64,000 nt of DNA from Octopus bimaculoides (lineage: Eukaryota), in contig NC_068995.1 in the NCBI RefSeq assembly GCF_001194135.2, positions 47,173,093-47,237,092 on the forward strand, read 5' to 3'. The notes under the pieces were generated by a model. The model ran no database searches and had not been told where the DNA came from. It saw nothing but the letters and a program-made list of their open reading frames with translations. Positions 53,895-64,000 of the stretch are shown here, one piece after another; position 1 is the stretch's first letter, and each line of letters opens with the position of its first letter. Both the position numbers and the translations under genes were made by a program.

Positions 53895-55287
53895 CCGGTA
53901 TTGACTGAATCCTGTCAGTTGAACTATGGGTTGTTGCTTGCTTGCTTCCTTGCTTGGTAGATTGAGTTGAGGAATGTGAGAAAGAATATTTGTATGCAAT
54001 GAGATAAAGCACTGTAGACATAGTTTTGATTTGTGTGTGTATATACGTACTGTGTGCATATATATGTTTACATGAGTGCGTGTGTCCGTGTCCGTGTGTG
54101 TGTGTGTGTGTGTGTGTATACAGGTAAAGGTTCAGCAGTTCAATTCCCAGCCACATGGTTTTTGAGTTCAGGTTTGTTGCATGACCCCTTGACCATGGGT
54201 CGTCTACCGCATCTGTAGACCAATCAAAACCTTCAGAATGAATTTCGTGGAGAGAAACTGAGAAAAGCTCATCAGATGGAGATGGATGGATAGATGGATA
54301 GATAGATAGACAGACAGACAGTTAAACAGACAGAAAGTTAAACAAACAAACAGACAGACAGACAGATAGATAGATAAACAGACGAACTGACAGAGACAGA
54401 CAGACAGGCCGACGGATAGATGGATAGATAGGTAGATTGATACACAGACACATAGATAGACAGATCGATCGATAAAATGTATATATATTTATATATACAA
54501 ATGTGTATATTTATATATATATATATTTATATATAAATACATGTATATTTATATATACGTATATGTATAAAGAGATTGAGTGAGAGAGAAAGTGGGAGAG
54601 AAACAGGGTGTGTGTGTTTGTTAAGGAAGAAACAACAATGTGCGTAACCCTACACGTAGATACACAAACACACAGATATATATATATACACACATATATG
54701 CACAAACACACAAACATTGGAATGCATTAGAGTTACATCACTAACATCTAGGATACAAAAATAAAAACGAATAAATAAATAAAAAAAATTACTTAGAATA
54801 AAATGTAAGTGGTGCTCCAGCATGGCCGCAGTCAAATGACTGAAACAAGTAAAAGAGTAAAAGAGTAATATGAAAGAAAGTTGCTGACAATGATTAAAGA
54901 CTAAGCATGAGTAATCATCACCATTGTCATGATGATGATGATGATGGTCATCATCATCAGTATCATAAGCATTATTATCTATGTCATACATCTACTTTGC
55001 CATATGAATGTGGGATGGATAGTTTGTTCTTGACTGAATCATACTTGTAAAGGGTTCCGGCATTCCTACAAGGATCGGTGATGATGTCATTTGTATATTG
55101 CTATTTTACTTGTGGTTTCTATGTCCTTCCTAATGCTGACTGCTTTAGAAAGGGCCTTTTATAATGGCACCAGCACCGGAGAGGTTGTCGTGTCCCCCAG
55201 CAACACTAAAGAGTTTACTCTGCCCAAAGTTATTCCTGTTCATTTAATAACAACATTGTAAAGTGTACTGGATGTATATGATAAAAT

Positions 55288-55377
<90 letters not shown>

Positions 55378-55414
55378 AACTATATGTATGCATGTGTATG
55401 TATGTATATATATA

Positions 55415-55471
<57 letters not shown>

Positions 55472-55656
55472 TACATAATTAAGATACAATCATTAATTAA
55501 TGATTTATCTGTGGCCAGCATACAAAAAAGACCATATGGGTTAAATTTGCCAAATCAGACTGGAATCTAATGCAGCCTTCCAACGTGCCAGCCCAGTCAA
55601 ACCGTCCAACCCATGCCAGCATATACAATGGACGTTAAATGATGAGAATGATGATG

Positions 55657-55761
<105 letters not shown>

Positions 55762-56032
55762 TATCGAACACAGATCCATGATGTATGTGCTTTGCTTGTT
55801 CGCTGGTCAGCTGTGAATTGATGTGGAGGAGTTGACTCTTTCCCCTGCATCAAATTGCAACCAACCCATGAACAAGCTAAGCACATACATTATGCATGTC
55901 TGTTCAATAATGTATACAACACTCGCAATGATTCTAATTCATATTTGAATATATATATACTTATACATACATACACATACACACATACATATGTATATAT
56001 ATGTATGCATTTTTGTATATATATATATATAT

Positions 56033-56083
<51 letters not shown>

Positions 56084-56743
56084 NNNNNNNNNNNNNNNNN
56101 NNNNNNNNNNNNNNNNNNNNNNNNNNNNNNNNNNNNNNNNNNNNNNNNNATATATATGTATATATGTGTGTGTGTATTGTGTGTGTATATATGTATATAT
56201 GTGTATGAATGCATTTGCTTACTATTGATCTTATCTGTATATAAATATATACAGTTATATACACACACACACACTCATATACATATCTGTCTATACATCC
56301 ACATATATACATATGCAGTGCAGGTGTTCAATAGTAGGAAATTAAAAATTATTTATTTCCATCAGATCTGAAGTCTTCAAACCGTAAACATCTTTCTTAG
56401 TCAATGAACAGTTCAAATTCTATTCCAAAGAATTGCAGATTTTGGTATGAAGATGTTATTGTTTGATTTTCTTTTTCGTCTTCTTCTCTATTTTTGTTTT
56501 TGTTTTGTTTTGTTTGGTATTTATTTGTAGCTGTCTGACTTGAAAATGGAAACTCTATCATAATTAAACTTTGTGCTCTGGTCTGGCTATTTTTGTCATC
56601 ACCTTCCTGATTCTTCGTCTTCGTGTTCTTAAGTACTTAAGTGCACTAATCTCACAACAGAATGTGCGTGAATTTCCATTATTTTATATATACCATTATT
56701 TAAATATATTCCATTATTCTTGTATAAATGCATATATATTTCC

Positions 56744-56815
<72 letters not shown>

Positions 56816-56824
56816 GCATACATA

Positions 56825-56859
<35 letters not shown>

Positions 56860-56949
56860 TACTCTTTGGCTGGTGACAGAATAAGTAGCCAATAAGATAA
56901 AAAGAGTCGATAGAATTGGCTACACACAATCCCTAAAACACTTCTGATC

Positions 56950-57190
56950 TTGTGACCTGTAGATTAAATCTGTAATCTGTCGGTCATCCCAATTTGATAC
57001 TGTTGTACCATTTTCTGATTCTTTCTTCATTGTCTCTTAACCCGTCTAATACCAACACCATTTTCTGAGTTGACCTCTGGTTCTAAAATATAATAATTTA
57101 CCTGCTTTAACTGTTCAATATTCAAGCCAATCATATCCGGCTCAATTACCCTATGTTTAAACTGCACATATTTGCATAAGTTTATGTCCC
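56950..57190 (-). pseudogene. Possible decayed RTE reverse-transcriptase fragment; a similar relic may lie at about 53520-53720(-)
   Basis: GLNIEQLKQVNYYILEPEVNSENG..IRRV and IYLGTN..DTDNEIN loosely resemble the RTE pattern EQV..F.YLGS.....D.EI..RI; weak, by eye only. Confidence 0.35.
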
Positions 57191-57206
57191 TTAGCTGCTG
57201 GAGATA

Positions 57207-57518
57207 GGAGCACTCCATCGGTTATGACGACGAGTGTCCCAGCTGATCCGATCAACAAAACAGCCTGCTCATGAAATTAACGTGCAAGTGACTGAGCACT
57301 CCACAGACACGTGTACCCCTAACGTAGTTCTCAGGGAGACTCAGCGTGACAAGGCCGGCCCTTTGAAATACAGGTACTACTCATTTTTGCCAGCTGAGTG
57401 GACTGGAGCAACGTCAAATAAAGTGTCTTGCTCAAGGACACAACGCGTCACCGGGAATTGAACTCACGACTTAACGATCATGAGCCGAATGCCCTAACCA
57501 CTAAGCCATGCCCCTTCA
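57207..57518 (-). mobile_element. Family-B SINE, near consensus, with 12-bp TSD (1 mismatch)
   Basis: Reverse complement closely matches 18131-18450; ctgctgga(g/c)ata at 57195-57206 and 57519-57530. Confidence 0.87.
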
Positions 57519-57990
57519 CTGCTGGACATAAGCTAAGACAACTGTCATCCTGATGACACTTAAGGAGGCAGAAACATGTACCCACAGCTCTTGCCTTATC
57601 CTCAGATAATAAACCTGTAATTTTTCTAAATGGCATGTCAGATATGGGGTAACCTTGATTTTTGTGATTATCTCCATTTCTCATCTAGAGTTGGTCTTAA
57701 TTTCCATTTAGTAGTAATGATATATCCTCTAGAGACAGAGATTACATTAATAAATCAAAAATTAATGTAGTATTGTATTCTATATCCTGGTATTTAGCTA
57801 TGTTGTTATTACACACACACACACACACATACGCATACTCACATATATGTATGTATGCATCAATATTTATTTATATATATATATATATNNNNNNNNNNNN
57901 NNNNNNNNNNNNNNNNNNNNNNNNNNNNNNNNNNNNNNNNNNNNNNNNNNNNNNNNNNNNNNNNNNNNNNNNNNNNNNNNNNNNNNNNAC

Positions 57991-58036
<46 letters not shown>

Positions 58037-58086
58037 GTCTAAATTTATACATGCATGCATGTATGTATGATGCATGTATGTATGTA

Positions 58087-58983
58087 CGAGGTCTGATCAA
58101 TAAGTACCCAGACTGTTGCCATAGTAACAAAGCTAAAGCATTCAGAGTGAAGTTTCTGGGTAAAGATTTGACCTTGAATGCTGCTGTGCATGTGCCCTGA
58201 GTTTTAACATTCTAGCTCACTTCTGCTGTTTATAGCAGTGCTTGGAAGGAATGTGTGTAGTGTGTGATCTTCGCATTGACTGTCACAGAGAAAGTTGTCA
58301 TGGCGATACTTGCCCAGAGGCCTATGCAAAGTTGCAGAAAGTGTATAGAGAGGAGTATATGAGCCACACACGAGTGTACGATTGGTTCAGAGGTTTTGAA
58401 GATGGCTGCAAAAATGTCAATATTGACAAACATTCCGAGAGACCCGCTACCATAAGAACTGCGAAAAACATTACAGATGTGCATGTGGCTGTGAGGGGAA
58501 ATCTTCGAATCACCATCCGTAAGATATCAGAGGATGTGCAGATTAGTTACGATTCAGTTCAGTTCATTATCACTAAAGGTTTGAGTATGAGACATGTGTC
58601 TGCCAAGTTTGTGCCAAAACTGCTTTCAGCTGACCAAAAAGACACTCAGGTTTCAGTTGCACACGATCTCCTTGACTGCGTCAAGAATGATGAAAACATT
58701 TTGAAAACTTTGCGTAGGCCTCTTGAGCAGGTATCACCAAGCTTTTGACAAAATTTGGTGCAGATTCTCTGCTCAACTTTCTCTGTCATGGTCAATGTGA
58801 CAATCACACGCTATACACCTTCCTTCCAAGTGCTGGTGAAAACAGCAGAAGTGAGCTAGAATGTTAAAACTTAGTGCACATACACAACAGAGTCTAAGGT
58901 CAACCTGTGCCAAGCAGCTTTACTCCACTTGCTTTAGCTTTGTTAGTATGGCAATAGTCCGGATACTTATTGATCAGACCATG
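58087..58983 (+). mobile_element. Non-autonomous mariner (Tc1/mariner) derivative, 897 bp, TA TSD, about 250-280-bp inverted arms
   Basis: TA|CGAGGTCTGATCAATAAGTA ... TACTTATTGATCAGACCATG|TA. Internal ORF has the mariner DNA-binding N-terminus and FVPKLL (WVP(H/R)xL-like) motif but stops before the first catalytic Asp. Confidence 0.92.
58242..58748 (+). pseudogene. Truncated mariner transposase (DNA-binding part only); the last residues LRRPLEQVSPSF derive from the inverted arm
   Basis: EAYAKLQKVY..MSHTRVYDWFRGF..D..ERP..ITIRKISEDVQISYDSVQFII..L.MRHVSAKFVPKLL..QK..R..LL; no D,D34D triad. Confidence 0.85.
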
Positions 58984-59134
58984 TATGCATACATATATAT
59001 AGATATAGATACTATATAAGAGTTATGTAATATATATATATATGCATTACATCTGAATTACATAATATAATATTTATCTTGTGAGTGATCTGTTTCTCAT
59101 CCTACTCTCTCGTCCCATTCCCTCTCTCTCTCTG

Positions 59135-59169
<35 letters not shown>

Positions 59170-59656
59170 GTGTGTATATATACATTCTTTTTACATAAAG
59201 AGATAAATAGAGGGAGAAAGATTTGTATGAATATAGATGTGTATATGCTTGTGTATGAGTGTGCGTGTGCATGTGTGTGTATGCATATGTATGAATATTT
59301 AAGCTTATATTTACACATATATTTATACATACATACATACACACATACATACATACATACATATATATAACATTCCTTTCTCTTTGAGACTCTTTACAAA
59401 ACCAATCCCCAACAGCCCACCCTTACATCCCTGCAGACATAAAAATAACACAAAAGAAGAAAAAAAACACAAACAAACAAACAAAAAAAAAACAAAACAA
59501 AACAAAACAAAACAATAATGTACCCACCCCACCTCCACAGAGCTTCATTCCTTTACAGTGAATTGTCCATTGCATAGATGACTGACCAACACTTGCTATT
59601 GTCCAGTTTGTTGGGAGCTAACCAACAAATGACCAGAGAGAGAAGTGGTGGGTTCA

Positions 59657-59689
<33 letters not shown>

Positions 59690-59854
59690 GTGTGTGGTGG
59701 GGAGACAAAATACCAAAAGTAAACGAAAAAAACAAAGAAGACGAAAGATAGACAAAGGGGAAAAAAATGACAAAGAAAACTAGATGCAGAGAAATCAGTG
59801 TAAAGTTGTTTATTGTACAAATGTTATGTTTCATTAAATATATATGTGTGTGTG

Positions 59855-59930
<76 letters not shown>

Positions 59931-61662
59931 CATGTTTAAATGCATATATATATGTTATAAATTCATATCTATGTATGTGCATGCAGATATATATATATAT
60001 ATACATATATTACATATATATATATATATAAACATACAGACAAATTTGCGTATGTAAGCGTGTGTAGTTTTATATATAATATGTGTGTGTGTCTGTGTAT
60101 GTATATATGCATATGAATTTTCTTTTTATTTCCCCCGCTGATAAGTGAAAGCTATTTATATACTTGTCGTAACTGTAACGTATTCGGTGTTACGCATTGG
60201 CTCGATGCACTAAATATGCATTATAGAGTTTGCCATTAGTCACATTTGCTTGTTTGTTTTTGTTTTATTATATTTTGTTCTGGTTTTGTTACTGTTTTTT
60301 TTTTTTAATTTTTATATCTGTGTCGTCTAAGTGAAGCTGGCATGGGTTCAAATGGTCATAAATATTTAATAAAAGTTAGGCTGCAGGAAGCGAGATTTGG
60401 CGAGGGAGACAGCGTAAATATATCACTTGACTGAATGATGGAATGACGGAATAACAGAATGACAGAATCACTGAACAATTGTTCTAATTGTTGTTGTTGT
60501 TTAATTGTTAGTGCATTACTCATTTTTTTTTACTTGTTTCAGTCATTTGACTGCGGCCATGCTGGAACACCGCCTTTAGTCAAGCAAATCGAACCCAGGA
60601 CGTATTCTTTGGATGCCTAGTACTTATTCTATCGGTCTCTTTTGCCGAACCACTAAGTTACGGGGACATAAACACACCAGCATCGGTTGTCAAGCGACGT
60701 TGGGGGTCAAACACAGACACACAAACATATACACACACATACATACACACACNNNNNNNNNNNNNNNNNNNNNNNNNNNNNNNNNNNNNNNNNNNNNNNN
60801 NNNNNNNNNNNNNNNNNNNNNNNNNNNNNNNNNNNNNNNNNNNNNNNNNNNNNNNNNNNNNNNNNNNNNNNNNNNNNNNNNNNNNNNNNNNNNNNNNNNN
60901 NNNNNNNNNNNNNNNNNNNNNNNNNNNNNNNNNNNNNNNNNNNNNNNNNNNNNNNNNNNNNNNNNNNNNNNNNNNNNNNNNNNNNNNNNNNNNNNNNNNN
61001 NNNNNNNNNNNNNNNNNNNNNNNNNNNNNNNNNNNNNNNNNNNNNNNNNNNNNNNNNNNNNNNNNNNNNNNNNNNNNNNNNNNNNNNNNNNNNNNNNNNN
61101 NNNNNNNNNNNNNNNNNNNNNNNNNNNNNNNNNNNNNNNNNNNNNNNNNNNNNNNNNNNNNNNNNNNNNNNNNNNNNNNNNNNNNNNNNNNNNNNNNNNN
61201 NNNNNNNNNNNNNNNNNNNNNNNNNNNNNNNNNNNNNNNNNNNNNNNNNNNNNNNNNNNNNNNNNNNNNNNNNNNNNNNNNNNNNNNNNNNNNNNNNNNN
61301 NNNNNNNNNNNNNNNNNNNNNNNNNNNNNNNNNNNNNNNNNNNNNNNNNNNNNNNNNNNNNNNNNNNNNNNNNNNNNNNNNNNNNNNNNNNNNNNNNNNN
61401 NNNNNNNNNNNNNNNNNNNNNNNNNNNNNNNNNNNNNNNNNNNNNNNNNNNNNNNNNNNNNNNNNNNNNNNNNNNNNNNNNNNNNNNNNNNNNNNNNNNN
61501 NNNNNNNNNNNNNNNNNNNNNNNNNNNNNNNNNNNNNNNNNNNNNNNNNNNNNNNNNNNNNNNNNNNNNNNNNNNNNNNNNNNNNNNNNNNNNNNNNNNN
61601 NNNNNNNNNNNNNNNNNNNNNNNNNNNNNNNNNNNNNNNNNNNNNNNNNNNNNNNNNNNNNN

Positions 61663-61730
<68 letters not shown>

Positions 61731-62041
61731 AATGATTTATAAATAAACGAATATAATTGAGAAATTCTTCTACTCCCCCACCGCCACCGCCATCATTCCT
61801 GAAATCTTGTTTTGTGCTCTGATTGGTCGTCAATTTTTCTCTCTCTGAGGACTTGCAAGAGGGAGGCTACAAAAAGTACAATGTTGATTCCATCATTGAT
61901 GTGGCCTTCACAGAAATAAATTTTTGTAATAAAGATAACATATTGCATTTATCACCATATCATTGTTTAATCTCAAACTTATGATCAATAGCATTCCAAC
62001 CATGACCTATACTTCAGTTCCTATTTGGTAGTGGGTGGGAG

Positions 62042-62155
62042 AACATGGGTTGTATATAGGACCGTGAGTTCTATGTAGGACCAGGGGTTGTATAATGGAC
62101 CATGGGTTGTATATAGGACTAGGGGTTGTATATAGGACCATGGGTTGTATATAGG
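62042..62155. repeat. 19-bp minisatellite x6 (accatgggttgtatatagg)
   Basis: Six units counted, directly followed by an M-SINE head. Confidence 0.92.
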
Positions 62156-62332
62156 ACCAATATGGCTAAATGGTTAAGAAGCTTACTTTGCAGTCATGAT
62201 GTCCTGAGTTCAATTCCAGTATGTGGCACATTGAGCAAATATTATGTTTATATTATAACCTTGGTTTGCCTCATACCTTGTGAGTGTAATTAGGTAAATG
62301 GAAACTGTACAGAATCCTATCCCATGGATTAG

Positions 62333-62367
<35 letters not shown>

Positions 62368-62377
62368 NNNNNNNNNN

Positions 62378-62418
<41 letters not shown>

Positions 62419-63052
62419 TTCAAAATGATACAAAAGAAAAAAATCTCAAAAGACATAGACAGGTGAGGAAACAACGATAGGGTGTGTGTGTGTATATATA
62501 TACACTCAGGAAAAATGTAAGAAGTCTTTGATGTTTCAAGCCTATGCTCTTGTACAGAAATTAATGAGTAAACAAAAAAAGATGGAAACAAATGGAGAGA
62601 AAAATAATCTGGATTAACGGCTCCACATGTTGAATTGTTGAATTTATATACTAGAATGTGTGTGCGAATATATATATATATATATATATACACATACATA
62701 CAGGGTGTGTGTGTGTTGCTATTGCCGGCAAAAAGCAGTGTCTTTTATTTGTCATCTCCAGTGGAAACATGTCTGACTATAAGTAAATACTACCTTACTT
62801 GGAAAAATTACTGACTTGAAGTTTGGTAACAGGAAGAGCATTTGGTTGTAGGATTTGTAGGATATTCACCCATCAAATCCTATCCAACCTATCTGATCAG
62901 ATTGGAGCCTGGTGTAGCCATCGGGTTTCACCAGTCCTCAGTCAAATCGTCCAACCCGTGCTAGCATGATGATGCTGATGACGATGATGATATATATATA
63001 CATACATTAGTGCATGTATCTATGACTATCTATATATATATCTATTCTTTAA

Positions 63053-63083
<31 letters not shown>

Positions 63084-63122
63084 TTCTTTTTTTTATTTAC
63101 CATTGCAAAAACNNNNNNNNNN

Positions 63123-63153
<31 letters not shown>

Positions 63154-63370
63154 TTTTTTTTATTTACCATTGCAAAAACAAACAAAAAAAACTATTAAAA
63201 CTGGTTTGGTATTTTAATAAATCTGTTTACAACATTTAAAAAATACAATACATTCTAAAATTCAGGTGCATTTTGAACTGCCAAAATCAACACCCCTATC
63301 TTTTTTCCTGCATGGGAATATACTTCTTTTCTGCATATATATATACACACACACACACACACGCACACGC

Positions 63371-63416
<46 letters not shown>

Positions 63417-63554
63417 GGGAAGGGATGAACACTAAGTGCACATCCTTTATGCTTGCTTACCCCCAACCTCAGTTTCTAGACATGAGTGGTCCCAAGACCA
63501 AGGCCTCTACCACAATTTTTAAGAAGTGTGGTGGAAAACTAGCTCAGGACTGAT

Positions 63555-63679
63555 TAAGTGGACATCCAAACCACAAAAGAAAAGAATGTTCTCTAGGGAA
63601 ATTCTTCTCTGGAGAACATTCTTTTCTTTTGTGGTTTGACCGTTGTTGGTCGCTTTCTAGCATAAAGGATGTCCACTTA
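63555..63679. repeat. Nested inverted repeat: 34-bp inner hairpin plus 13-bp outer arms
   Basis: 63567-63593 is the exact reverse complement of 63612-63638; taagtggacatcc (63555-63567) pairs with ggatgtccactta (63667-63679). Confidence 0.93.
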
Positions 63680-63801
63680 GTGGTCATCCCTTCTGACATG
63701 TATGTAATATAATTTTTCTGGATTTTCAGAATTTTCTTTATGCTAGGCCACTGATTTTAAATTGGTCTTAATTAAATTAATATCCTATTTATCACCCTTA
63801 T

Positions 63802-63840
<39 letters not shown>

Positions 63841-63863
63841 CGCACATGCATTTTAATTTTGTT

Positions 63864-63910
<47 letters not shown>

Positions 63911-64000
63911 ATATGTATATATGTATGTTTGTATATATGAATATATCACATATATGTTATGTTTTGATATTTACACATGTATGTGCTTGTGGGCTCCAAA

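Noticed and set aside
56531-56563. Strong-looking acceptor followed by LSDLKMETLS*
   Set aside because: Stop after 10 codons in phase 0; nothing else supports a terminal or poison exon

Overview
Eukaryotic, AT-rich, microsatellite-saturated draft scaffold with about 25 N-gaps. The SINE/RTE repeat set suggests an octopus (coleoid cephalopod) genome; this is an inference, not a database match. Only one host coding exon is recognisable: a 293-codon + strand exon (10493-11371) encoding the N-terminal half of a K+-dependent Na+/Ca2+ exchanger (SLC24A1/2, Nckx30C type). It ends at a GT donor and is followed by more than 52 kb with no recognisable further SLC24 exon. The rest is retroposon and repeat DNA: a 5'-truncated RTE LINE and many RTE 3' ends with (GAT)n tails, three or four tRNA-derived SINE families, a fold-back mariner derivative, and simple or higher-order repeats. 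SINE families are labelled A, B, C and M for convenience only. Nearly all other ORFs in the track are low-complexity or N-gap artefacts. No convincing novel multi-gene system was found. The best leads are fold-back/dsRNA-forming structures in the intron, retroposon-driven microsatellite seeding, and sequence details of the NCKX exon. Identities are estimated by eye and repeat boundaries are approximate unless target-site duplications (TSDs) are given.
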